Of a stretch of DNA of 64,000 nt, positions 21,571-30,417 are shown in pieces. This stretch comes from Bifidobacterium breve. GTDB taxonomy: Bacteria > Actinomycetota > Acidimicrobiia > IMCC26256 > JAENVU01. How positions within the stretch are numbered: the first letter of the stretch is position 1; each line of letters opens with the position of its first letter. The DNA is taken from positions 396 through 64,395 of the forward strand of contig CAMBEL010000004.1 of the NCBI GenBank assembly GCA_945865605.1, given 5' to 3'. A model generated the notes under the pieces. That model was not told the DNA's origin. It searched no databases and was given only the letters and a program-made list of their open reading frames with translations. Both the position numbers and the translations under genes were made by a program.

Positions 21571-22788
21571 CTAGACCTCCTCTTCGATCAGTTCAGACTG
21601 TCGCGGCATACAAAGGCGAAGGATGCCAAGTAAACAAAACGCTCCACCTATCGCGGCAGGAACAACGACAAAGCGATTCCACGCTTCGTTGCGTGCAACG
21701 AGTACGACCGCGGTGACCATCACGGCTACGAACGCGATTTCGATCAGCCACTTCCAGCCGAGATCCATCAACTGGTCGTACCGCATGCGAGGCAACGAAG
21801 CGCGCACCCAGACCGTCCCGAACAGCAACACAAGCAGTTTGGTGAAGAACCAGAACATCGGCATGAGCCAGGTGTTCACGGTGCCGGTAGCGGACAGGAA
21901 CCCAAGTGCAGGACCCGACGGACCGCCCAAGAATAACGTGACTGCGATTGCAGACATCGTGATCAGGTTCATGAACTCAGCGAGAAAAAACATCGCGAAA
22001 CGAATTCCTGTGTACTCCGTGACGAACCCACCTACCAATTCTTGTTCGGCTTCGACCAGGTCGAACGGTGGATGATTGGTCTCTGCAATTGCGGCGATCA
22101 GGAAAATCACGAACGAGACGAACGCAACCGTCCAGTACCAGCTCGTCGCAAAACTGTCCCAACTCGTCCACGCTTGAGCGTCCACAATGCCGCGGGTCGA
22201 CAGCGTTCCAGAGTGAAGTAAAACAGCGACAATCGCTAGGCCGAAGGCCGCCTCGTAAGAGAGCAACTGTGCCGAAGCGCGCACGGAGCCGAGCAACGGG
22301 TACTTCGATCCGCTCGACCATCCCGCGAGCATCACGCCGTATAGCCCTATCCCGGACATCGCAAGAAGTAACAACACCCCAATCGCAGGATCGGCGAGTT
22401 GGAGGTAGGTGGTGTGGCCGAGGATCGATACTTCTCCGCCGATTGGAATAATCGAGAATGCCAAGAACGCGGGAATGATCGATAGATACGGAGCAAGCCG
22501 AAACACGAACGGATCCGCGCCATCCGGAACTGACTGTTCCTTAAAGAAAAGTTTGATGCCGTCGGCGAGAGTTTGCAGGACCCCGTAGCGGCCACCCGCG
22601 CGGGCTGGACCGACGCGGTTCTGCATGTCAGCAATCACCTTGCGCATAAACCATATGTAAAACAAGACCAGCACCATTAGAAGTGCGAATGCCGCGACTG
22701 TCTTGATGATCAGAATGAGAACGACCGCTGGATCTACTCCACCGGCGAATAGCGGATCACCGGCGGCGAGGCTTTGTGGAGCAGTCAT
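21571..22788 (-). CDS. nuoH: NADH-quinone oxidoreductase subunit H (operon 2)
   Basis: 405 aa with [15 protein letters not shown] and [18 protein letters not shown] overlap with the nuoG stop. Confidence 0.92.
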   Translation of the reverse strand: MTAPQSLAAGDPLFAGGVDPAVVLILIIKTVAAFALLMVLVLFYIWFMRKVIADMQNRVGPARAGGRYGVLQTLADGIKLFFKEQSVPDGADPFVFRLAPYLSIIPAFLAFSIIPIGGEVSILGHTTYLQLADPAIGVLLLLAMSGIGLYGVMLAGWSSGSKYPLLGSVRASAQLLSYEAAFGLAIVAVLLHSGTLSTRGIVDAQAWTSWDSFATSWYWTVAFVSFVIFLIAAIAETNHPPFDLVEAEQELVGGFVTEYTGIRFAMFFLAEFMNLITMSAIAVTLFLGGPSGPALGFLSATGTVNTWLMPMFWFFTKLLVLLFGTVWVRASLPRMRYDQLMDLGWKWLIEIAFVAVMVTAVVLVARNEAWNRFVVVPAAIGGAFCLLGILRLCMPRQSELIEEEV

Positions 22789-25427
22789 CGGATCGACTCG
22801 ACGCGAATATCAGTAACGCTCAAAGTTGCATCGACTAGATCAGCCGCGCCGGGTCCAGGCAGGTTGAACGCCATGAACGCGGTGCCGATTGGCGTCGCAA
22901 GATCACCTCGAACGCGTGCAGCAATAGAACCTCGCCCCGTAGCCACACGCACGGATTCGCCATCCGCCACCCCGATCCGGTCTCGGTCTTGGGGATTCAC
23001 AAGCAACACCGACTCTGGCACGAGCGGGGACAAGGATGGCGATGCCATTGTCCATGTGCCCCCGTCGTACAGCGTTCTCCCCACGATTAGTCGCAGTGCG
23101 TAAGCGTCGCGAGCCGGTGTAGGCAGTTGCGGCGACGCACTGTCCCACTCGTGTAGCTGTACGGCTGGCGACACCGACAGCACTATTGAATGTAGATCGG
23201 AATTGTCATCTGTATCTTCAGGTACAACCTCTGGAACTGGCAAGATCGGATCCCACGACGCGCCCTGTAACGCAACGCCTGCACGCCCTAGATGTATTTC
23301 GTCTGGGAACAAAGCGATCGGGATCACTGCGCCGTCACGAGCGCGGCGCAGGAGCGACATGTCGAGCCCGACGAATGCTGGCGCAACGCGTGCAATCTCT
23401 TCGGTCACTTCATCGGCGGACTCAAGATCGAACTCAACGCCGAGGCGAGCCGCGAGTTCGGCAGCAATGCGCCAATCAGGCATCGCCGTACCGTCAGGCG
23501 AAACCTTTTGGGCTACGCGCTGCACGCGACCTTCAAGGTTGGTGATCGTCCCGGTCTTCTCACCCCAAATACTCGCTGGAAGGAATACATCTGCGCGCTT
23601 AGAACTTTCGGTCAGGAACGTGTCTATCGCTACAACAAATCCGGACGCCATGATTGCGTTACGTGCCAATGCGCGGTCTGGGCAGTCGTTAATGGGGTCG
23701 GAGCCAGCGAGGATGAGAGCATGTATGCGCCCTTCGGCGGCGGCCGAGAAGATCCCCAACGCGTCGAGCCCCACTTCTTCCGGTACGCCACCCCACTCGT
23801 TAACGAAATGATCGCGTCCCGTATCGAGCGTGGCACGTCCTGGCAAGAAACCGGGGGCAAGACCAAGTTCAAGCGCGCCGCGCACATTCGCGCGGCGCAG
23901 CGCAACAAGGAACTTCACGTTTTCAATAATCGATAACGCCGCCGCAGCGCCAACGGTGACATCTGCAGACTCGGCAAGGTCGCCACGGCCCAGCACAACA
24001 ACTAGATCGCCATCGCGACCTACAAGTAGTGCGGCAGCGGCATCGATATCTGGGCTGGCAGACGGAGTTCCACTGATCGCTGCTGCCAACTTGCGCGCCG
24101 TGTCAGCTTGCTCGCCGGGTAGATGACGAAGTCGTGCAGATGCGTAACGAGAAAGACCCGTATCGCGCGGGGATATTTCGATGAGTGGAACGCCACCATC
24201 GGCCGCAGCCTTTTTGACACGCAGGTAAAGAACGGGAAGTTCTTCCTTGAGGTCTGGGCCGAGCAGCACGATCGCTGCAGCGGTGTCAAGATCATTGATG
24301 AGCGCATGAGGCAAACCGAGCGCGACCGCTGCCGGCAATCCATCACCGAGTTGAGCATCGACGTTGTCAGTTCGAAGTACGCCCTTGGCCAAGCGCGCCC
24401 ATGCGAATGCATCTTCGTTGGTTCCGCGCGCACCACCGATTAAGGCGACTGAGCGCGGGCCGTTGAGATCGAGCGCACGTTGGATCCCGTCGGCCGCTGC
24501 GTCTAAAGCCTCAGGCCAAGAGCACTCGACAAGTTCGCCAGGCGAACCGTCGGCACCCGTGCTCTTACGCACCATCGGATAGCGCACACGATTTTCGGCA
24601 TTAATTGCTTCGTATCCGTATCGGCCCTTGTCGCAAAGCCATCCTTGGTTTACCGGATCACTATCGACACCAAGCAGGCGCACGAGCTGGTTGCTTGCAG
24701 ACTCGAGGGCGCCGCGACATTGGACGGCGCAAGTGAGGCATGAAGTTTCTGCGGCGTCAAGATCCCATGGACGGGCTTTGAATCGATAGGGCTGCGCAGT
24801 TAGAGCGCCGACGGGACAGACCTGCACCGTGTTGCCCGAGAAGTACGACGCGAACGGTTCATCGGGGAACGTTGTTATTTCGGTATGACCACCTCGCTCT
24901 CCGAAAGAGATGAGCGGGTCACCCGCGATCTCGTCTGCGAACCGCGTGCAGCGCGCGCACTGGATACAACGTTCACGATCGAGCAACACAAGATCGGAAA
25001 CCGGAATCGGCTTCTCCCAGTGTCGCTTCTCCTCAACAAACCGCGACTCGCCTGGCCCGAACGCAAGCGTTGTGTCTTGGAGCGGACACTCGCCACCGCG
25101 ATCACACACAGGGCAATCGAGTGGGTGATTGATTAGGAGAAGTTCGAGAACACCATCTTGCACCTTGCGCACCTGTGGCGTAGTCGTGTGAACCACCATG
25201 CCGTCAGTAACCGGTGTTGTGCATGCAGGCGGAAGACCAGGCACGCCATCTATCTCGACAAGACACATTCGGCACATTCCGACTGGCTTCATGCGCTCGT
25301 GCCAACAGAAACGCGGGATGTATGTGCCGTGTTCCTGCGCGACTTTGATCAGCAACTCGCCGGACGGCACCTTCACTTCTTTGCCGTCAATTGTGATGGT
25401 TACCAAGGCGTCACCGTTCGCGCTCAT
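22785..25427 (-). CDS. nuoG: NADH-quinone oxidoreductase subunit G (operon 2)
   Basis: About 880 aa. The N-terminal 2Fe-2S/4Fe-4S cysteine region is CWHERMKPVGMCRMCLVE ... CPVCDRGGEC ... CIQCARC, followed by a molybdopterin-oxidoreductase-like domain. ATG at 25427 forms an ATGA overlap with the nuoF stop; the track ORF begins 36 nt earlier. Confidence 0.92.
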   Translation of the reverse strand: MSANGDALVTITIDGKEVKVPSGELLIKVAQEHGTYIPRFCWHERMKPVGMCRMCLVEIDGVPGLPPACTTPVTDGMVVHTTTPQVRKVQDGVLELLLINHPLDCPVCDRGGECPLQDTTLAFGPGESRFVEEKRHWEKPIPVSDLVLLDRERCIQCARCTRFADEIAGDPLISFGERGGHTEITTFPDEPFASYFSGNTVQVCPVGALTAQPYRFKARPWDLDAAETSCLTCAVQCRGALESASNQLVRLLGVDSDPVNQGWLCDKGRYGYEAINAENRVRYPMVRKSTGADGSPGELVECSWPEALDAAADGIQRALDLNGPRSVALIGGARGTNEDAFAWARLAKGVLRTDNVDAQLGDGLPAAVALGLPHALINDLDTAAAIVLLGPDLKEELPVLYLRVKKAAADGGVPLIEISPRDTGLSRYASARLRHLPGEQADTARKLAAAISGTPSASPDIDAAAALLVGRDGDLVVVLGRGDLAESADVTVGAAAALSIIENVKFLVALRRANVRGALELGLAPGFLPGRATLDTGRDHFVNEWGGVPEEVGLDALGIFSAAAEGRIHALILAGSDPINDCPDRALARNAIMASGFVVAIDTFLTESSKRADVFLPASIWGEKTGTITNLEGRVQRVAQKVSPDGTAMPDWRIAAELAARLGVEFDLESADEVTEEIARVAPAFVGLDMSLLRRARDGAVIPIALFPDEIHLGRAGVALQGASWDPILPVPEVVPEDTDDNSDLHSIVLSVSPAVQLHEWDSASPQLPTPARDAYALRLIVGRTLYDGGTWTMASPSLSPLVPESVLLVNPQDRDRIGVADGESVRVATGRGSIAARVRGDLATPIGTAFMAFNLPGPGAADLVDATLSVTDIRVESIR

Positions 25428-26752
25428 GACGCGCTCACTGGGATCAGAGCAGGTCCAGCGCACATCGCAAGAACTTCATCGCGGAAGTATTTCTGCAGAC
25501 TTGCTACACAACTCACTGCCGACGGGCCGAGCGGACAAATCGTTGTTTGAGTGAACGGCGCATTCATTACGCCAGGAGAGATGCTCTCGCATACGTCAAA
25601 CAACATGTCTAAATCCTGCGGCCGTCCATGCCCGTTGACAATGCGGAACAGCACCTTCTCGATCCATCCAGTTCCTTCACGGCACGGCGTGCACTTCCCA
25701 CATGATTCATGCGCAAAGAACTTCGCTAGCCTCCACGCCACTAGTACCGGGTTGACGGTCTCGTCGTAGACCATCACCGCTCCGGAACCGAGCATGACGC
25801 CAAATGTCTGCTGCACATAGTCCATGTCGAGAGGCGCATCTAAGTGTTCGTCGGAACCTATGAGCCACTGGCTCGACGCGCCGCCTGGAATAAAGAACTT
25901 CACAGCGCGATCCTCTCGGATGCCTCCACCTAGTTCCGGTGAATACAAAAGATCGCGGAACGTGATACCCAACTCGACTTCATAGTTACCGGGACGTTTG
26001 ACATGACCCGACAATGAGAAAAGGCGCGTACCCGTGGAACGGTTCACTCCAAGTTTGGCGTACTCGTCGCCGCCCATGAGGACGATGTGCGGAAGAGTCG
26101 AAATGGTCTCGACGTTGTTGACGACAGTTGGCTTCGCGTAGAGCCCTTCAATCGCTGGAAATGGCGGGCGTATGCGTGGCATGCCGCGTTCGCCTTCGAG
26201 GCTCTCGAGAAGGGCGGTTTCCTCACCACATATGTACGCACCTGCGCCGCGATGCACAACAATTTCGAGGTCGAATCCTGAACCGAGAATGTTGGAACCT
26301 AAGAAGCCCTTCGCGTGTGCTGCTGCGATGGCATCTACAAGACGCTCGTATCCAAGCGCGAACTCGCCTCTGAGGTAGATGAACGCGAGGTTGCATTCGA
26401 TCGCGTAGGCAGCGATGACGATTCCCTCAATCAATTGATGCGGATCTGCTTCAAGCAACATGCGGTCTTTGAAGGTGGACGGTTCACCTTCGTCCGCGTT
26501 GATCACGAGATAGCGCGGGAAGGACGCCTCTGGAAGAAACGACCACTTGGTCGCTGTGGGGAATCCGGCGCCGCCGCGGCCGCGCAGCCCGGAAGCCTTC
26601 ACCTGTTCTTGGCCGATTGCATCGCGTCCGATCGCGATGGCCTTCTTGAGTCCTTCATACGCGCCAGACGCAAGTGCACCATCGATCGTCCAAGAGTCTT
26701 CTGCGCGATCGCGAATGCGCTTCGTAATTATTCTTGTTTCGACGGCGCTCAT
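25424..26752 (-). CDS. nuoF: NADH-quinone oxidoreductase subunit F (operon 2)
   Basis: 442 aa with GLRGRGGAGFPT (FMN/NADH site) and ESCGKCTPCREG (cluster N3). Confidence 0.94.
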   Translation of the reverse strand: MSAVETRIITKRIRDRAEDSWTIDGALASGAYEGLKKAIAIGRDAIGQEQVKASGLRGRGGAGFPTATKWSFLPEASFPRYLVINADEGEPSTFKDRMLLEADPHQLIEGIVIAAYAIECNLAFIYLRGEFALGYERLVDAIAAAHAKGFLGSNILGSGFDLEIVVHRGAGAYICGEETALLESLEGERGMPRIRPPFPAIEGLYAKPTVVNNVETISTLPHIVLMGGDEYAKLGVNRSTGTRLFSLSGHVKRPGNYEVELGITFRDLLYSPELGGGIREDRAVKFFIPGGASSQWLIGSDEHLDAPLDMDYVQQTFGVMLGSGAVMVYDETVNPVLVAWRLAKFFAHESCGKCTPCREGTGWIEKVLFRIVNGHGRPQDLDMLFDVCESISPGVMNAPFTQTTICPLGPSAVSCVASLQKYFRDEVLAMCAGPALIPVSAS

Positions 26753-27240
26753 GACAGGCGGCCGCCACTGGTGCCGCGTGCAACCAACTCGCCGCGCTTA
26801 TACGCCTCGATGATGTCCTCCGCGCTGGCAGTTGTAAGACCGTCGTGGAATTCGTAATTCACTTGCATGGCGGGCGCACCGTCGCAAGACGCTAGGCACT
26901 CAACTTCTTCTACGAATACTTCGTCATCATCTGAATAACGATCAACTAAGTGTTCGAGCAATTCGGGTCCGCCGGTCACCAGACAAGTCACATTCGTGCA
27001 AACAGAAACAACTAGGCGGCCTACTGGGTCTCGTTTAAACATTGTGTAGAAACTGCACGTCCCGAGTACTTCTGCGGGCTCGATGCCCGTCATAAGGGCG
27101 ATTTCGCGCATCGCTTCTGGCGAGAGCCAACCGTCTTGGTCCTGTGCGAGATGAGCCAGCGGAAGAACTGCTGACTTAGGACGCGGATAACTCGCGACGA
27201 TTGTTCGGGCGCGTTCGAGGTTCTTTGTGGTGAAGGTCAC
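26749..27240 (-). CDS. nuoE: NADH-quinone oxidoreductase subunit E (operon 2)
   Basis: 163-aa thioredoxin-like 2Fe-2S protein with the cysteine pattern CTNVTC ... CLASCDGAP. Confidence 0.9.
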   Translation of the reverse strand: MTFTTKNLERARTIVASYPRPKSAVLPLAHLAQDQDGWLSPEAMREIALMTGIEPAEVLGTCSFYTMFKRDPVGRLVVSVCTNVTCLVTGGPELLEHLVDRYSDDDEVFVEEVECLASCDGAPAMQVNYEFHDGLTTASAEDIIEAYKRGELVARGTSGGRLS

Positions 27241-27242
27241 GG

Positions 27243-28529
27243 CTACCTGTCCACCTCGCCCAAGATCGGATCAACGCTAGAGATCACGGCGACGGCATCC
27301 GCAACGAGGCGATCTTCCATCATGGGTCCCATCGACTGCAGGTTGTAGAAGGAAGGCGCACGGACGTGCATGCGCGTTGGCTTGCCAGTGCCATCAGAAA
27401 CGATGTAGCAGCCAACCTCTCCGCGCGGAGACTCAACCGACACATATGTCTCACCCGCAGGAACTCTGAATCCTTCTGTGAACAACTTGAAGTGATGGAT
27501 CAATGCTTCCATCGACTGATCAATGCGTTCGCGTGGTGGCGGAGTGATCTTTTTGTCCTGCACCCGGTAGTCACCTGGCGGCATCATCTCTACACATTGA
27601 CGAACGATCTTGATTGATTCGGCAATCTCTGTGAGGCGAATGCGATACCGATCGAAACAGTCGCCGTTCTGCGTGTAGATCACGTCGAAGTCGACCTTGT
27701 CATAGGCAAGGTACGGCTGAGCTTTACGAAGGTCCCATGCAAAACCTGTCGACCGAAGGATCGGTCCCGATACCCCAAGAGCGAGAGCCTGCTCGGTTGT
27801 TATGACGCCGACGCCAACAGTTCGCTCGATCCAGATTGGGTTACCGGTGAGGAGTGTGTCGTAGTCCCCGATGCCAACTTCGACTTTGTCGCAAAGTTCG
27901 AGAACAGCGTGCTGCCAACCGTCAGGTAAATCGGCTGCCACGCCGCCGGGACGCACAAAGTTGTGGTTCATGCGAAGGCCGGTGATCATCTCAAGAACTC
28001 TGAGCGTCTCTTCACGCTCACGCCAGCCGTAGAGCATCATCGAGACCGCGCCAATGTCCATTCCGTTAGACGCTTGGAACAGCAAATGACTTGCCATCCG
28101 ACTGAGCTCGGCGAGCATCATCCGAATCCATATGGAGCGTTCTGGAACCTCTACATCGAGAAGCTGTTCGACTGCCATTGAGAAGACGATTTCGTTCGCA
28201 ATCGGCGACGCGTAGTCCATGCGCGTGACGTTGGTGCACCCCTGCACGTAGGTCAGTTGCTCACCCGTTTTTTCCATGCCGGTGTGCAAGTAACCAATCA
28301 CTGGTTTCGCTCGCACGACGGTCTCACCGTCGAGTTCCATCATTACGCGCAACACGCCGTGCGTAGATGGATGCTGCGGGCCCATGTTGATGATCATGGT
28401 TTCGCCGTCGCCCTCGAGCTCGGGCCATACCGTTCCCGTAACAACAAGTTCGTGGCTTGCTTTTAGTTCTTGCGCGCCTTCGTCGGTCTGGCGGCTTAGA
28501 CGTTCGGTTTCGTTAACAACTTCGTTCAT
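27243..28529 (-). CDS. nuoD: NADH-quinone oxidoreductase subunit D (operon 2)
   Basis: Contains NMGPQHPSTHGVLRV, GYLHTGMEKT and the C-terminal ILGEVDR. ATG at 28529 has AGGAGC 8 nt upstream. The track ORF begins at GTG 28571, inside the duplicated spacer. Confidence 0.92.
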   Translation of the reverse strand: MNEVVNETERLSRQTDEGAQELKASHELVVTGTVWPELEGDGETMIINMGPQHPSTHGVLRVMMELDGETVVRAKPVIGYLHTGMEKTGEQLTYVQGCTNVTRMDYASPIANEIVFSMAVEQLLDVEVPERSIWIRMMLAELSRMASHLLFQASNGMDIGAVSMMLYGWREREETLRVLEMITGLRMNHNFVRPGGVAADLPDGWQHAVLELCDKVEVGIGDYDTLLTGNPIWIERTVGVGVITTEQALALGVSGPILRSTGFAWDLRKAQPYLAYDKVDFDVIYTQNGDCFDRYRIRLTEIAESIKIVRQCVEMMPPGDYRVQDKKITPPPRERIDQSMEALIHHFKLFTEGFRVPAGETYVSVESPRGEVGCYIVSDGTGKPTRMHVRAPSFYNLQSMGPMMEDRLVADAVAVISSVDPILGEVDR

Positions 28530-28536
28530 AACGCCT

Positions 28537-28636
28537 GCTCCTGGCCCTGCGGGCCGGGCCGCTCTGGCCACGCTCCGCTCATGATTTCCGCTCCTGGCCC
28601 TGCGGGCCGGGCCGCTCTGGCCACGCTCCGCTCATG
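28537..28636. repeat. 53-bp-period tandem duplication (two 47-nt identical copies) in the nuoC2-nuoD2 junction
   Basis: gctcctggccctgcgggccgggccgctctggccacgctccgctcatg occurs at 28537..28583 and again at 28590..28636. The same peptide PAPGPAGRAALATLRS therefore appears in two plus-strand track ORFs. Confidence 0.95.
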
Positions 28637-29225
28637 CTGCTCCACCGACTCTGGGTCCGGGGTCTTCTTTGAAGGTGACCGGAACGCGCGCCGGGGCATC
28701 GTCTTTGCGAAGTGGGTAACCGGACCAGTCGTCGGGCATCAAGATGCGCGTGAGATCGGGGTGGCCAACGAACACAATGCCGAATAGGTCGAACACTTCG
28801 CGTTCTGCAAAGTTCACACCCGCGTAGACCGGCGTCAGACTTGGGACGGTCGTGTCAGACACAGGCACTTGTGCGATGACTCGGATGCGCCGGTTGCGCG
28901 CGTGCGAAATGAAGTTGGCCACTAACTCGAAACGTTCAGGCGCTACGCCTGGAACCGCCATACGTTCTGCATCGGTTAGGTGATCCACCGCGGTGACGTC
29001 GAGACAGGTTGTGAATTGTTCTTCATCACGCAGGTATGTCGCGATGTCTGCCATCTGCGAACGATCTGCGTAGACAACCGGCTGCCCATGGCTGTCGTGG
29101 AAGATCGAGCCCTCAAATTTCGCTACGAGCGCGGCGGCAACTTCGTCGGTAGGGACGGGCTTATCAGGCCGCTCGTGAAACTCTTCACTAGCACCTTCGT
29201 CGACGACTGCAGTCGGTTCTGCCAT
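28632..29225 (-). CDS. nuoC: NADH-quinone oxidoreductase subunit C (operon 2)
   Basis: Contains the block NFAEREVFDLFGIVFVGHPDLTRILMPDDW. ATG at 29225 lies 4 nt after the nuoB stop; the track ORF to 29324 overlaps nuoB. Confidence 0.88.
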   Translation of the reverse strand: MAEPTAVVDEGASEEFHERPDKPVPTDEVAAALVAKFEGSIFHDSHGQPVVYADRSQMADIATYLRDEEQFTTCLDVTAVDHLTDAERMAVPGVAPERFELVANFISHARNRRIRVIAQVPVSDTTVPSLTPVYAGVNFAEREVFDLFGIVFVGHPDLTRILMPDDWSGYPLRKDDAPARVPVTFKEDPGPRVGGAA

Positions 29226-29229
29226 TGAC

Positions 29230-29796
29230 TTAGGTGGCCTGCGAGATTGAGACGGGCATGCGGGGTGTGCCAGCTGGCGGCTCAGAAACTTGAATCGCCG
29301 CACCACCGGTTGGCGAAACTTCACGACGCTTTAGCAACTCGCCAGTTCGGATTTGTTCGTGCAACGTGAGGATGCCGTGCATGAGCGTCTCTGGACCTGG
29401 GGGGCAACCAGGTACGTACACATCGACGGGAACAATCTGGTCGACGCCTTGCACGATGGCGTAGTTGTTGAACATGCCGCCAGAACTTGCGCACACTCCC
29501 ATGGAAATGACCCACTTGGGTTCAACCATCTGGTCGTATACCTGACGCAGCACGGGAGCCATCTTCTGCGACACGCGTCCCGCGACAATCATGAGGTCTG
29601 CTTGGCGCGGACTGGCGCGGAACACTTCCATTCCGTAACGCGCAAGGTCGTAGTGCGCTGCACCTGTTGCCATCATCTCAATGGCGCAACATGCAAGACC
29701 GAATGTTGCGGGAAAAACACTGTTGCGGCGCGCCCATCGAACAACGTCTTCGAGACGACCGGTGAGAAAGTTGTGTGGGACAGCGTCGAGTGCCAC
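29230..29796 (-). CDS. nuoB: NADH-quinone oxidoreductase subunit B (operon 2)
   Basis: Contains the blocks [21 protein letters not shown] and [12 protein letters not shown] at 29796 overlaps the nuoA TAG by 1 nt. The upstream part of the 353-aa track ORF is an out-of-frame shadow of nuoA. Confidence 0.9.
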   Translation of the reverse strand: MALDAVPHNFLTGRLEDVVRWARRNSVFPATFGLACCAIEMMATGAAHYDLARYGMEVFRASPRQADLMIVAGRVSQKMAPVLRQVYDQMVEPKWVISMGVCASSGGMFNNYAIVQGVDQIVPVDVYVPGCPPGPETLMHGILTLHEQIRTGELLKRREVSPTGGAAIQVSEPPAGTPRMPVSISQAT

Positions 29797-30257
29797 TACG
29801 CGGCTTCTTCTTGTGGTGCGCGTAATGGAGGTGCGGCGACACCTTCGGGAAGTCCGGCCGCGCGCAACACGGGACGAATGATGCGATCGGCAACTTGGCG
29901 CACCGGTCCCCAGTCGAGTGCGCCGACAGAGAGTAGATATGCGAACGGCACGAGGAGAACGATGAGGAAGGTACCCATCAATGCCAATCCATAGCCACCC
30001 AACTCTTCGAAAACGGTCGCGAATGGGTAGAGGAAAATGATCTCGACGTCGAGCACAATGAAGGCCATCGCAACCAAGTAGAAGCGGACCGGGAAGCGTT
30101 CGGCTGGCTCGTTTTCGGGAACGATGCCGCACTCGTATGGCGCTGTCTTCGCACGCGTCGGTCGCTTGACGGTCAGCAGCATTGAGACTTTGAAAGAGAT
30201 GACGACGAAGATGAAGACGAGCATGGTCATCGCCAAGATCGGCAGAAACTGGACCAT
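29796..30257 (-). CDS. nuoA: NADH-quinone oxidoreductase subunit A (operon 2)
   Basis: 153 aa with 3 TM segments and the block [22 protein letters not shown]. It is the first gene of the operon. Confidence 0.88.
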   Translation of the reverse strand: MVQFLPILAMTMLVFIFVVISFKVSMLLTVKRPTRAKTAPYECGIVPENEPAERFPVRFYLVAMAFIVLDVEIIFLYPFATVFEELGGYGLALMGTFLIVLLVPFAYLLSVGALDWGPVRQVADRIIRPVLRAAGLPEGVAAPPLRAPQEEAA

Positions 30258-30372
30258 GTTCCTCTCCTTTCGCGTTGTCCTTCCGGAGCACGCTGGTGCA
30301 TCCGGTTGTTTCGGGTTCTTCAGACTTGTCCTGCGGCGCCGCAGGCTACCCCGCGATCCGGCCGGTAATGCA

Positions 30373-30414
30373 ACTCGTTTCGGGGTGTAGACCGGTCTGC
30401 ACCCCGAAACGAGT
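30373..30414. terminator. 15-bp perfect stem-loop downstream of the glycosyltransferase gene (terminator-like, no U-tract)
   Basis: actcgtttcggggtg (30373..30387) pairs perfectly with caccccgaaacgagt (30400..30414) around a 12-nt loop. It sits 3 nt after the GT stop codon and upstream of the nuoA2 promoter region. Confidence 0.6.
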
Positions 30415-30417
30415 GGG

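Noticed and set aside
28537-28636. Tandem repeats here and at 50543..50574 as a possible CRISPR array or minisatellite
   Set aside because: There are only two copies each, with no spacers of unique sequence and no cas genes. These are simple duplications.
29797-30291. N-terminal 165 codons of the 353-aa track ORF that ends as nuoB2
   Set aside because: This part overlaps nuoA2 in another frame and is Arg-rich nonsense. The NuoB homology begins exactly at the GTG (29796) that overlaps the nuoA2 stop.
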